Of a stretch of DNA of 60,162 nucleotides, positions 9,644 to 19,294 are shown one piece after another. Source of the DNA: a virus (lineage: Duplodnaviria > Caudoviricetes); IMG/VR virus record IMGVR_UViG_3300042197_004886, positions 1 through 60,162 of that record. One strand, 5' to 3'. Position 1 is the first letter of the stretch. Every line of letters begins with the position of its first letter. The notes below the pieces were generated by a model, which was given only the letters and a program-made list of their open reading frames with translations, was not told the DNA's origin and searched no databases. Made by a program: the position numbers and the translations under genes.

Positions 9644-10456
9644 TTATTCAGCGCTAGTCTCGTCCTTAGGAGGAGTAAACGATACTTTGTCTTCGACGTT
9701 GAATAGGTTTTTGTAATCTATTTTTGCTCCAAATGCGGCTTGCGCAGACCTATGTGAATAAGTATCAATTGATGTGGCGTCTCCCTTGAAATCAAGGAGT
9801 AATGAAGGCACAATCGTCCTAAATATCGCATCATCGATATTTTCAACATTGTCCCTTTCTCGAATTGTGGATAACGAGTCTTCTCCGCTACCTGCAATCT
9901 CAAGACGACCCGTCCCATCGACCTTTACCTTAAATTTTTCCCAAGTACCAGTCGGCTGACCATCTAGCGTGTCGACCATACCGGTCGAAAGTTTTAGTGT
10001 GATCTTTGGTGCCCCGCTGTCCAGCCCACTGGTTGAAACCTCCCTTAATACAATATGATCGGTAGTAAGAGAAACTTCATAGTAGGTATTTTTAAAATAC
10101 TTTTCGTTTAGGGCTTTCCTGTTTTGAGCCGAAATTTGCGCCTCTGCTGAGGACTCTGCCGCATAATCAGGGTTAATCTTCTTTTTGATCGCTTCACTGG
10201 CCAGCTCAAACTTGCGTTTAAGTATGTTTACTTCGCTTAGTGTGACATAGGTCAATAGCGCATTGCCTCCGGTAAACTTCATATCGGGAAAAACGTCGAC
10301 TTGGTGCAGCATTGCACTAATTTTCTTGGGGTCGATTAGCGTTTCCCCGTTTTGAATTTCCCAGTTTACAGTATGACTAATTATTGCCTGAAAAACGAAA
10401 CCTCCGTCTTTTGCACTAACGTCATCACGGTATCTGCTTTCTAAGAGGTTGACCAT
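9644..10456 (-). CDS. Hypothetical protein
   Basis: 270-aa ORF in a late operon. Confidence 0.75.
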   Translation of the reverse strand: MVNLLESRYRDDVSAKDGGFVFQAIISHTVNWEIQNGETLIDPKKISAMLHQVDVFPDMKFTGGNALLTYVTLSEVNILKRKFELASEAIKKKINPDYAAESSAEAQISAQNRKALNEKYFKNTYYEVSLTTDHIVLREVSTSGLDSGAPKITLKLSTGMVDTLDGQPTGTWEKFKVKVDGTGRLEIAGSGEDSLSTIRERDNVENIDDAIFRTIVPSLLLDFKGDATSIDTYSHRSAQAAFGAKIDYKNLFNVEDKVSFTPPKDETSAE

Positions 10457-10713
10457 TAATCTTTCTTACGATCTCTCGTTCTTTTGTAGTTTTTCCAGAT
10501 CTCGTTATAGATGTTGCATGATGCCCCCAAGAAATTGGTGATTCCAACAAATTTCTTCTTGTCTTCGCCTTCCATGTTGGCAATCTTTACCCCGATCTTC
10601 TTTGCGTCATTGACCGTAAGCTCCTCATCGTCGTCTTTACCGACTAGCTTCTTTAACTCGCCCTTCTTCTCGAGTAGGGCAAACCTATGAAAGCTTGCTA
10701 TAGCTTTTTCCAT
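10456..10713 (-). CDS. Hypothetical protein
   Basis: Coupled ORF; N-terminus ...SFHRFALLE. Confidence 0.7.
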   Translation of the reverse strand: MEKAIASFHRFALLEKKGELKKLVGKDDDEELTVNDAKKIGVKIANMEGEDKKKFVGITNFLGASCNIYNEIWKNYKRTRDRKKD

Positions 10714-10724
10714 TCGCCTTAAAA

Positions 10725-10955
10725 TTATTTAGTGCTAACTACGTTCTTCTTCTTCACTGTGCTCATGTACTGCTTAGTGTACTTGTCAATGTGAGGAGTA
10801 CCTTTACCTTTTACAGGTCCTTGTGCCAACTCTTGTTTTACTTTTGCAGTTCCGGCAGCGTCATTGTTCTTAACATTAGCTTTTCCGCTGTAACCAGAGG
10901 CAGCTTTTTTGAACGCTGACATGAATTGGTTGTAGTTCATTACAGGATTACTCAT
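10725..10955 (-). CDS. Small basic hypothetical protein
   Basis: Lys-rich ORF downstream of an ATAAATA motif. Confidence 0.7.
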   Translation of the reverse strand: MSNPVMNYNQFMSAFKKAASGYSGKANVKNNDAAGTAKVKQELAQGPVKGKGTPHIDKYTKQYMSTVKKKNVVSTK

Positions 10956-10976
10956 TTTATCCAGATTTTTTTTTAT

Positions 10977-10983
10977 TATTTAT
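10977..10983 (-). promoter_or_regulatory. T4-type late promoter-like ATAAATA
   Basis: GATAAATAATAAAA upstream of the operon containing the tail tube gene. Confidence 0.6.
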
Positions 10984-11042
10984 CTTTAACTGGGTAGGAT
11001 TTTTTAGTATTATTTGTTAGAGACCCGTTAATTTTACTAAAA

Positions 11043-11837
11043 ATGCCAGAACTAGCCGAGATCAAGATCATGTCAGAGTACATCAACTCTGTCTCTCAAG
11101 ACAGGGACTTTACGAGCATCATCGTCTCTCCTGAAGTGGAGAAGCGCCTGGGTCTTGTACAGCCCAGCGAGCTGCAGATGTTTAGTATCTCTGCCCAGTC
11201 TAGAGGCAAAGAACTGCTCCTTACTCTGACTTCAGGCCAGGACCAATACTTTCTTCGGGTTTCGATGGGCATGTCTGGTTATTGGACGATGAGCGATCGT
11301 GCTACTCCGCCTAAACACACTCATCTTAAATTTAATACGGTCTGCGGGCTCTCGCTATGTCTAGTCGACACTCGTCGCTTTGCAAAATGGCGCTGGTGCG
11401 ATGGCTGGTCCACTAATCGTGGTCCTTGCCCAGTCGACGAGCACGCTGCCTTCGTCGAAAATATCGCACAAAATATCAAAAAGGCAGCGTTCAATCAGCC
11501 GATTCATCTCGTGCTCATGGATCAACGCTACTTTAATGGTATTGGCAACTATTTGCGTGCCGAGATACTGCACCGGGCAGAGCAGGATCCTTTTCAAGAG
11601 GCCAGAGAGGCAATACTCTCTAACCTAAAGATCCTTGAACTCTGCCGTGCCCTACCCATCGAAGCTTACTATATCGGCGGCGGTCAGTTAAAGGACTGGC
11701 ACAACCCGTTTGAGGTACCAGCAGACGGCTTCTCCAGCTGGATCCAGTGCTATGGCAAGTCCGACACTGCCACTGTTGACAAAAACGGCCGTACTCTTTG
11801 GTACTGGCAATCACAAATCAAAACCCTAATCGCATGA
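11043..11837 (+). CDS. nei: Fpg/Nei-family DNA glycosylase/AP lyase, NEIL1-like
   Basis: N-terminal MPE, RGKEL, GMSG, H2TH motif DQRYFNGIGNYLRAEIL, zincless-finger-like DKNGRTLWY. Confidence 0.9.
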   Translation: MPELAEIKIMSEYINSVSQDRDFTSIIVSPEVEKRLGLVQPSELQMFSISAQSRGKELLLTLTSGQDQYFLRVSMGMSGYWTMSDRATPPKHTHLKFNTVCGLSLCLVDTRRFAKWRWCDGWSTNRGPCPVDEHAAFVENIAQNIKKAAFNQPIHLVLMDQRYFNGIGNYLRAEILHRAEQDPFQEAREAILSNLKILELCRALPIEAYYIGGGQLKDWHNPFEVPADGFSSWIQCYGKSDTATVDKNGRTLWYWQSQIKTLIA

Positions 11838-12094
11838 AGATCACAAGCAGAACCGATCGCGAAAACTTTACAATGTTCGCCATCTTAAAGCAGCTAGAAA
11901 TGGCTGGCGTAGACCCAAAGGTGCTTACTGAAGACAAATTCTGGTTTAGCAACAATACCATTAGCCCAGAAAAAGCAGAAGAGTGGAAACAGTGGTTTCT
12001 TACCGAGGCTCGCAAGAACTTTAAGCTCACTAAGAAAAAGGCGGAGCGCGAGTTTATTTGGTTCAACCTTACCTACGGTCTTCGTGAAATATAA
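11834..12094 (+). CDS. Hypothetical protein
   Basis: ATGA-coupled to the glycosylase gene. Confidence 0.7.
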   Translation: MKITSRTDRENFTMFAILKQLEMAGVDPKVLTEDKFWFSNNTISPEKAEEWKQWFLTEARKNFKLTKKKAEREFIWFNLTYGLREI

Positions 12095-12125
12095 AACCTA
12101 AAACATCAGTATTAGTAAAGATTAC

Positions 12126-12290
12126 ATGGCAGAAATCCAATTGGAGTTTACTCCTCGACCACAACAAGAAGAAATACTCCAGTTCACTAAAGACTCGATC
12201 GCTGCTGGGAAAAAATTTGTCATGATTGACGCTCCGACTGGCTGCTTAACAAAAAATCAAAAAATACGAATATATAAATTAAAAAAGTAA
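12126..12290 (+). CDS. DinG-like helicase N-terminal fragment (39 aa) fused to a 15-aa split-intein N part; not in the ORF track
   Basis: Manual translation MAEIQLEFTPRPQQEEILQFTKDSIAAGKKFVMIDAPTG|CLTKNQKIRIYKLKK*: Q-motif, first half of Walker A, then intein block A (CL). Confidence 0.85.
   Translation: MAEIQLEFTPRPQQEEILQFTKDSIAAGKKFVMIDAPTGCLTKNQKIRIYKLKK
12243..12290 (+). mobile_element. Split intein N-fragment (IntN, 15 aa)
   Basis: Cys1-Leu directly after APTG; abrupt switch to AT-rich DNA. Confidence 0.8.
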
Positions 12291-12295
12291 TTTAT

Positions 12296-13492
12296 ATGAA
12301 GCGTAGTAAATATAATGAAATTGTTAAGGCCGCTCGTAAATTAAAAAATAATATTTCATTTGAAACGCTGAATGATTTTTTACAAAAATATAAAATTGAT
12401 TTAGATATAAATCCATCAGCTATTCAATCTTTAATTAATGAGATATTAATTGAAATCAAACAAACTGATTCAATAACGCTATCTAAATTAAAATTGAAGT
12501 ACAAAAAAACATCAAAGGAGTATTGGATTATCCGAGGTTGGGATCTTGAATATTCAATTAGAAAAGCAAAAGAAGCAAATCAAATATATTCTCATCCAGG
12601 TCGATTGAAGAAAAAAGGATATTCTCATGATGAAATTAAAAAAATTGTTAGTGATTCATGTAAAAAAGGTCATGTAACTTTAAAAAATAGACCTAATTAC
12701 GATGAAATACTCAACCGTAGAAATCGAGGATTTTCTAAATATCGATATACTAAAATCATAAATCCATTAACTGGAGTATTTTACACTAAAGATGAATCTG
12801 AACAAAAATATAAAGAGGACCAACGTCGAGCAAGTATCTCTGCAAATAAAAATAGAAAGCCTGAGTCAATTAACACTAAAATTGAATATTATTTAGCTAA
12901 AGGTCTTTCTTTAGATGATACAAAAGCAGCCTTATTTGAACGCCAAATACGAAATGGACTAACTTATTATATAAATCAATATGGATTAGCTCAAGGAACC
13001 AATAAATATTTTTCTCGCATAGAAAAATATGGAAATAAAATTAAAAAGTTAAGAGAAGACTTTCCACAAAAATGGAAGACTTCTGGTAAAAAGTATAGTA
13101 ATATATCCAAAAAATTTTTTGATAGTTTAATTAATGAAATTGACAATTTAAAAAATTTAACTATTTTTTATGCTGAAAATGAGTATTTTATATATGACTC
13201 AACCAACAAAAAAATATATTTCTATGATTTTTATGTTAAAGAAATTAATTTAATTATTGAATATCATGGAGTCGTATGGCACCCAAGAAAAAGAGTTCAA
13301 GAAGGATGGATTCATCCATATACTAAAGAAACGTCTGAGAAATATTATGACTTAGATAAACATAAAGAAAAACTAGCAAACGATAAAGGAATTGATGTCA
13401 TAACTATATTTGAAACTGACATAACCGTTAATAAAACACATATACTTGATGAATTACATAGAAGAATTAGGTCGTACTATAATATTAAATGA
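12296..13492 (+). CDS. Free-standing homing endonuclease (Vsr/DUF559-like PD-(D/E)xK C-terminal domain)
   Basis: YDFYVKEINLIIEYHGVVWH...D..KEKLA...G..VITIFE; AT-rich; lies between the split-intein halves. Confidence 0.8.
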   Translation: MKRSKYNEIVKAARKLKNNISFETLNDFLQKYKIDLDINPSAIQSLINEILIEIKQTDSITLSKLKLKYKKTSKEYWIIRGWDLEYSIRKAKEANQIYSHPGRLKKKGYSHDEIKKIVSDSCKKGHVTLKNRPNYDEILNRRNRGFSKYRYTKIINPLTGVFYTKDESEQKYKEDQRRASISANKNRKPESINTKIEYYLAKGLSLDDTKAALFERQIRNGLTYYINQYGLAQGTNKYFSRIEKYGNKIKKLREDFPQKWKTSGKKYSNISKKFFDSLINEIDNLKNLTIFYAENEYFIYDSTNKKIYFYDFYVKEINLIIEYHGVVWHPRKRVQEGWIHPYTKETSEKYYDLDKHKEKLANDKGIDVITIFETDITVNKTHILDELHRRIRSYYNIK

Positions 13493-13928
13493 TCTAAAGC
13501 ATCATTATAATATTGAAAAATTAAGTCAATTATCTGATTTTAAATTAAATGATTTTTTCAATAACCATGTTATCTCCAATAGTGAAGAAATAACAATGAA
13601 AGATTTTTATGAGTTGGATGAAGAGCTATTAATTGAATCGTTGGATGGATACGTTAGAGTTGGAGAAAAAATAAAAAAGACCAATTTAGAATGTTATACA
13701 TTGACCTTAGTTGACAGTCGAAAATTGTCTGGAGCATTTAATCACCTGGTTGAAACGAGTAGAGGTTGGGTAAAATTAAAAGAATTAACAAATAATGATT
13801 ATGTATTAACGATTGATGGTCATATCAAAGTAAAAAACATCAGGCAAATTAAAACACAGGACGTATATGATTTAGAATGTTTGCATCCAAATCATAGATA
13901 TCTATCAAATGGCATATCTAATCATAAT
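13449..13928 (+). mobile_element. Split intein C-fragment (IntC, ~160 aa)
   Basis: Ends His-Asn before Thr(+1); AT-rich DNA up to the junction. Confidence 0.85.
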
Positions 13929-15404
13929 ACTGGAAAATCTTACGCCGCAATCATGATTGCCGATTGGTATCGTAAAGAGATCAACAAAAAGGCCAGGGTC
14001 GACGTTATCACCAATACCAAGCTCTTGCAGGACCAGTACATCAGAGACTTTAGTTTTGCAGCAAATCTTAAGGGTAAAAATAACTACTGGTGCAAGCGCC
14101 AGAACATGGGCTGTGGAGATGCTCAAATCTTAAACAAGGCCACCGAAAAAAAGTGTGAAGCCTGCGCTCACAAGATAGCTCAATCTCATTTTATCCGCAG
14201 CCCACTGAGCCTGACCAACTTTCACCTCATCACCTCCTACTCGATGTACTCTCCCGACCTTATGGCCGAGCGCAATTCTAAACTGCTAATCGTCGATGAA
14301 GCTCACGCTTTTGAGGAGGCATTTTGCGATTTTATTACCTCTGCATTTTCAGAACGCAGCCTAAAGCTGCTCGATATCTGGCAGCCCTGGATGGAGCGCG
14401 ACCTCGACAATATTAGTTCAGTTTACGAGCTTTCTGACTGGGTAAATGACGTTATTGTGCCGATCCTGGCCACCCGAGCTGAGGACTTACTCAGTGAGGC
14501 CAAGGAGATGCGTAATCGCGCAAAAAAGCTCGACCTCATCAAAAAAGCGGATCACGTCGACAAATCGATGTGCAAGTATAACCGTTTTGTGAAGGACCGT
14601 AAAAACTATGACTCTAATTGGACCTTTGAAAAGGATTTGGATCAGCACGGCAAAACGCGTATCCTAGTGGAGCCGATTTGGGGTAATCTCTACCTGCCTG
14701 AAATGTTTTGGGACAAGTACGACCACGTGATCTTTATGTCGGGTACGCTCCTAGATCGTGAGCTCTTCTCCTTTATCATGGGAGTAGAGGAGGAAGAGTC
14801 CACCTACTTGGCCATGCCCTGTCCTTTTCTTGCAGGAAAGCGACCTGTTATCTACCTAAAGTTCGGTAAAATGTCCTACTACAACAAGAAGGAAACTTTC
14901 AGCCGTGCAGTTCCAATTATTGAGCGTATTCTTGAAAAAAATAACAAGCATAAGGGTATCATCCACACAGCTAATTACGAATTTAGTAATTGGATAAAGA
15001 GCTCGATAAAAGATTCACGACTTATTTTCCACGATTCAGCAACTCGAGAAAAAAGTTTGACCGATCACCTAACTTCCACCCTAGAAACTGTCTTAGTATC
15101 TCCATCAATGATCAATGGAGTCGACTTAAAGGACGATTTTTCCCGCTTTCAGGTGATCTTAAAGGTACCCTTTCCTAATTTGGTGAGTACAAAGATCAAG
15201 AAGAGGTTGGAATCTAGGCCAGACTGGTATAATTGGAAGACACTAGTCGACCTATTACAATCGTACGGTCGCTCTATCAGAAATGACGAAGACTGGGCCG
15301 AGACCTATATCCTCGATGAGTGCTTCGACCAGATATTAAATAACAAAGGAGTGCCTCAATATTTTTTAGAGGCTCTTAAAATAAAAAAACTTTCTAAAAA
15401 ATGA
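13449..15404 (+). CDS. Split-intein C part fused to a DinG/YoaA-like Fe-S helicase
   Basis: Intein blocks (AFNHL, VYDL, SNGISNHN) followed by TGKS; Cys cluster; DEAH; MSGTL; QSYGRSIR. Confidence 0.88.
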   Translation: MNYIEELGRTIILNDLKHHYNIEKLSQLSDFKLNDFFNNHVISNSEEITMKDFYELDEELLIESLDGYVRVGEKIKKTNLECYTLTLVDSRKLSGAFNHLVETSRGWVKLKELTNNDYVLTIDGHIKVKNIRQIKTQDVYDLECLHPNHRYLSNGISNHNTGKSYAAIMIADWYRKEINKKARVDVITNTKLLQDQYIRDFSFAANLKGKNNYWCKRQNMGCGDAQILNKATEKKCEACAHKIAQSHFIRSPLSLTNFHLITSYSMYSPDLMAERNSKLLIVDEAHAFEEAFCDFITSAFSERSLKLLDIWQPWMERDLDNISSVYELSDWVNDVIVPILATRAEDLLSEAKEMRNRAKKLDLIKKADHVDKSMCKYNRFVKDRKNYDSNWTFEKDLDQHGKTRILVEPIWGNLYLPEMFWDKYDHVIFMSGTLLDRELFSFIMGVEEEESTYLAMPCPFLAGKRPVIYLKFGKMSYYNKKETFSRAVPIIERILEKNNKHKGIIHTANYEFSNWIKSSIKDSRLIFHDSATREKSLTDHLTSTLETVLVSPSMINGVDLKDDFSRFQVILKVPFPNLVSTKIKKRLESRPDWYNWKTLVDLLQSYGRSIRNDEDWAETYILDECFDQILNNKGVPQYFLEALKIKKLSKK

Positions 15405-15422
15405 AAAAAAGAATAAAAAATC

Positions 15423-17270
15423 ATGAAAATAGAACAAAAATATCAAAAGCTCACTGATATTGAACATTGTTTACTTCGTCCGGGGATGTGGATCGGTAAT
15501 ACTTCTCCCCAAGAAGAAAAATTTACAATTTTAAATGATCAAAACTCTTTTGAAACATCTACATTGACCGTTTCTCCAGCATTTATTAAAATTTTTGATG
15601 AGATTGTATCTAACTCTGCAGATGAACATAAGAGGAACCCAAAATTAAATAAGATAGATATATCAATTGATCAGACTTCTGGAAAAATTACTGTTTTTGA
15701 TAACGGTGGAATACCAGTAGTTCAACACTCTCAGCATAAAGAATGGATTCCTCAAATGATTTTTTCAAACCTTCGCGCAGGTTCAAATTTTAATGACTCT
15801 GAAAGCCGAACTAGTGCAGGTCTTCATGGAGTTGGAGCAACTCTTACTAATATTTTTTCTACTAAATTTATTGTTGAAACCTGTGATGGAAAAAATGGAT
15901 ATTATCAAGAGTACAAAGATAATATGAAAAATGTAGGCAAGCCTTCAATTTCTCCTGCAAAGCGCGGTTTTACTAGGATAACCTTTTTTCCAGAATTATT
16001 AAGATTTAATATGTCTAAAATAGATGATGATACGATAAGGGTGTTACAGAAGAGAGCAATAGATATTGCTGCAACAAATCCTAAACTTTCAGTTACCTTT
16101 AATAAAGTTACATATAGTTTTAAGACCTTTGATGAGTATATTCGTCTCTACACGCAAGATTTCTTCTATGAAGAGTCAAAAGACTGGAAAATAGGCTTTG
16201 CAAAGGCCGAAAATGGCTTTCAAAACGTAAGTTTTGTCAATTCAGTACACACGAAAGACGGTGGGACACACGTCGAATATATCCTGCATCAGCTTATCTC
16301 GCAATTGCGTGAAATGATCAAGAAAAAGCACCGAGTGGACGTCAAGCCGAGCGATATTCGTAATTATGTGTCTATTTTTATCGACTGTACGATTATTAAT
16401 TCCTCTTTTAGTTCACAGACAAAGGAAAAACTAATTACTGAACAAAAAGAATTTGGCACTCGTCACGAAGTCAGCGACAAGTTGGCAAAAGCTGTTTTTA
16501 AGTCGGAAATAATCGCCTCCGTGCTCGATTGGATCGAGAAAAAAGCCTTGGCCCAAGAACGAGCTGAGCTACGTAAGCTTAATTCTACCCTGGACAAGAC
16601 TAAAATTCCAAAACTAATCGATGCCCAGCGTAAAGGCGATCGTGGACCCTGTATCTTAGGCATCTATGAGGGACTTTCAGCTCTCTCGGCTGTACGTAAG
16701 TTTCGTGATACTCAAACTCAAGGAGCATTTCCTCTTAAGGGTAAGTTTCTTAACGTCAGCGAGATGAAGAGCGCTGAAATTATCAAAAACGATGAAGCCG
16801 TGCAGTTAATGGCCTCGCTTGGTCTAAAGCTTGGCGAAGAACCTAAGGGATTAAGGTATGGTAGAATCTATATTTACACTGATGCCGATCCAGACGGCAA
16901 CTCGATTGCCGCTCTGCTTATTAATTTTTTCAATCGATTTTGGCCAGAGTTATTTGATCAAGGCAGGGTCTATAAGGTAATAACTCCGCTAGTTGTTGCA
17001 AAAAAAGGCAAAGAATCAATTAATTTTTACACCAACGAAGAGTTTGAAAAGTGGTCCGCTAAGAATAGGGTCAGCCAATGGAATATCGAATACAAGAAAG
17101 GGCTGGCCGCCCTCGAGGACGCTGAATACGCTGAAATTATTCGGGATCCCAAGGTAGTGCAGATCAAAAACGACAAGGACTATCGTGACTCGCTCAATGC
17201 CTGGTTCGGGGCCGACTCTGCTCCCAGAAAAGAAAGAATCCTAAACAAACCAAATAACCATGACCTATAA
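15423..17270 (+). CDS. Type IIA topoisomerase large (ATPase-TOPRIM) subunit, T4 gp39+60-like
   Basis: RPGMWIG, FDEIVSNSADE, DNGGIP, GLHGVGA, EGLSA, PLKGK, TDADPDG, YKKGL. Confidence 0.95.
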   Translation: MKIEQKYQKLTDIEHCLLRPGMWIGNTSPQEEKFTILNDQNSFETSTLTVSPAFIKIFDEIVSNSADEHKRNPKLNKIDISIDQTSGKITVFDNGGIPVVQHSQHKEWIPQMIFSNLRAGSNFNDSESRTSAGLHGVGATLTNIFSTKFIVETCDGKNGYYQEYKDNMKNVGKPSISPAKRGFTRITFFPELLRFNMSKIDDDTIRVLQKRAIDIAATNPKLSVTFNKVTYSFKTFDEYIRLYTQDFFYEESKDWKIGFAKAENGFQNVSFVNSVHTKDGGTHVEYILHQLISQLREMIKKKHRVDVKPSDIRNYVSIFIDCTIINSSFSSQTKEKLITEQKEFGTRHEVSDKLAKAVFKSEIIASVLDWIEKKALAQERAELRKLNSTLDKTKIPKLIDAQRKGDRGPCILGIYEGLSALSAVRKFRDTQTQGAFPLKGKFLNVSEMKSAEIIKNDEAVQLMASLGLKLGEEPKGLRYGRIYIYTDADPDGNSIAALLINFFNRFWPELFDQGRVYKVITPLVVAKKGKESINFYTNEEFEKWSAKNRVSQWNIEYKKGLAALEDAEYAEIIRDPKVVQIKNDKDYRDSLNAWFGADSAPRKERILNKPNNHDL

Positions 17271-17601
17271 AGAATTTAAAGAACTGGCAGACCTAATGGT
17301 CAGATCTACCAAGAAAAAGGATCAGGCATATAAACTCGGCATCGACCTGTATGAAGCTTTTGAAGAAAACGAAAGGCTAATCGGTCAGCTTTGGGCAAAT
17401 CTCCTTACTGAACCTGGTCTCGACTGGTTTAACTGGTTCATGTACGAAAAAGATTACCTTCACGATGGTGTGGGTCGCCCTGATCTTACGGCCAGTGATG
17501 AGGGCACTCCTATTTGCGAAAATCTAAAGGGACTTTATGAGTATCTAATAACAAACAACTATTTTAAAATCGCACCAGGTAATGCAGAAACCGGAAATTA
17601 A
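17260..17601 (+). CDS. Hypothetical protein between the topoisomerase subunits
   Basis: ORF overlapping both neighbours. Confidence 0.7.
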   Translation: MTYKEFKELADLMVRSTKKKDQAYKLGIDLYEAFEENERLIGQLWANLLTEPGLDWFNWFMYEKDYLHDGVGRPDLTASDEGTPICENLKGLYEYLITNNYFKIAPGNAETGN

Positions 17602-18943
17602 ATCAGTCACCCAATACCTTGATCAGGACTATCGAGAATATGCAGTCTATGTGGTCGAGGAGCGCGCAATTCCATCGGTAATTGATGGTTTTAAACCCAC
17701 TCAGCGTAAGGTGATTTTTGTTGCCGACCGAGTATGGAGAAACGGCTCAGAAAAGCCGCTAAAGATATTTCAATTGGCCGGTAAGGTCGCTAGCGATGCT
17801 CACTACCACCATGGAGATGGCAGCTTGAGCGGAGCGATCGTCGGAATGGCTCAAAAGTTTAAGAATTCAATGCCTGTTCTTGAAGAGATCGGTCAGTTTG
17901 GTTCGCTAAGGTCGCCGGAAGCTGGAGCTCCTCGTTATATCTCTACTAAACTGCACAAAAACTTTAGACAGCTCTATATGGACTTTGAGCTGCTTACTCC
18001 TCGTTATGAAGAGGGCAGCGAGATCGAACCCAAATATTTTTTACCTATTATTCCAACAGTTCTGCTAAACGGCGGTAGCGGTATTGCAGTCGGCTTTGCG
18101 ACTAATATCCTAAACCGCAATCCGGTCGACCTAATCGATGCCTGTATAAAAGAGCTAGACGGTAAACCCTATAAGGAGCCCACTCCTTGGTATTATGGAT
18201 TTGGCGGCGAGTGCATAAAGGATCCGGAAAGCCCGCTTTCTTGGATCTTTAGGGGTCGTTTCGAGGTCAAAAATACCTCTACTGTAGAGGTGACTGAGCT
18301 GCCTCCTTCGCTTACCTATGAAAAATTCGATTCGCACCTTAGTACGCTAGAAGACACTCGTCGAATCGTGAGCCATGACAATAACTGTAAAGCCGATATC
18401 AATTATCTCTTAAAATTTAGGCGAGAGGACCTTAAGGCCCTGCAGGACTCAGGTCGCTTGGCCAAATCGCTAAAGATGGAGGAGAGGCAGTCTGAAAATT
18501 TTACAGTGTTGGACGAGAATGGAGACCTAAAGATCTTTGACAGCGCGACCTCAATCATCAAGTACTTTGTCAACTTTCGATTGGGCTATTACACAAAACG
18601 CAAGCTCTACCTTATTAACAAGCTAGAACAGGAACTTACCCTACTCTCGAACAAGGCTAATTTTATCAAGTACATCATTGAAGGCAAGATTAAGGTCAAT
18701 AATGTTCCTCGTGCAGAAATTATCCTGGCTCTAGAAACCGCAGACTTTGACCAGATCAACGGTTCCTATAACTATCTGCTCTCGCTTCCGATTCATACGC
18801 TTACGAAAGAAAATTACGAATCCTTGATAGCTGACGTTTTTGCAAAAGAGCAAGAGTTAAGTATTATTAAGCAGAAGGAGCCTATCCAGATGTACAAGGA
18901 TGATCTCCAGGATCTTCGTAAGGCCGTGATTAAATCATATTAG
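17582..18943 (+). CDS. Type IIA topoisomerase medium subunit (T4 gp52/GyrA-like)
   Basis: RAIPSVIDGFKPTQRK, YHHGDGS, APRY (catalytic Tyr), GIAVGFAT. Confidence 0.95.
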   Translation: MQKPEIKSVTQYLDQDYREYAVYVVEERAIPSVIDGFKPTQRKVIFVADRVWRNGSEKPLKIFQLAGKVASDAHYHHGDGSLSGAIVGMAQKFKNSMPVLEEIGQFGSLRSPEAGAPRYISTKLHKNFRQLYMDFELLTPRYEEGSEIEPKYFLPIIPTVLLNGGSGIAVGFATNILNRNPVDLIDACIKELDGKPYKEPTPWYYGFGGECIKDPESPLSWIFRGRFEVKNTSTVEVTELPPSLTYEKFDSHLSTLEDTRRIVSHDNNCKADINYLLKFRREDLKALQDSGRLAKSLKMEERQSENFTVLDENGDLKIFDSATSIIKYFVNFRLGYYTKRKLYLINKLEQELTLLSNKANFIKYIIEGKIKVNNVPRAEIILALETADFDQINGSYNYLLSLPIHTLTKENYESLIADVFAKEQELSIIKQKEPIQMYKDDLQDLRKAVIKSY

Positions 18944-18987
18944 TCCATAAATAAGAGTCCATCAGGGTTAATCTTAACTAGTTTGTG

Positions 18988-19014
18988 AAACTTTTTTCCT
19001 GAGAATTGTATAAT
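18988..19014 (+). promoter_or_regulatory. Putative early/middle promoter AAAC-N17-TATAAT
   Basis: Recurrent motif; perfect TATAAT. Confidence 0.6.
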
Positions 19015-19034
19015 TACATAAAATCCTAACAAAA

Positions 19035-19286
19035 ATGGCAGACTTTTCAAAACAGTGGTGCGAGTTGAACGATCCTGAGATGCGACCCGACTTTGATATC
19101 CACGAAATCGCTAGTAATTTAGAAAAAGAACACTATACCTCGATCATCTGTGAGGGATTTGGCTTTATTGCCGTCGGCAAGGACGACAACGACAATATCC
19201 TCCTAGCGATGCCTACTGGAGGAGACCCAGACCAGGACGGTAACTCTGAGGTAGAGTGGAAAGCTTACGACGAAATCATAAAATAA
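19035..19286 (+). CDS. Small acidic hypothetical protein
   Basis: ORF downstream of the promoter motif. Confidence 0.7.
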   Translation: MADFSKQWCELNDPEMRPDFDIHEIASNLEKEHYTSIICEGFGFIAVGKDDNDNILLAMPTGGDPDQDGNSEVEWKAYDEIIK

Positions 19287-19294
19287 TCCATACC

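Noticed and set aside
12243-13928. Group I intron interrupting the helicase
   Set aside because: The insert is almost fully coding, leaving no room for a ribozyme core, and intein motifs explain both junctions
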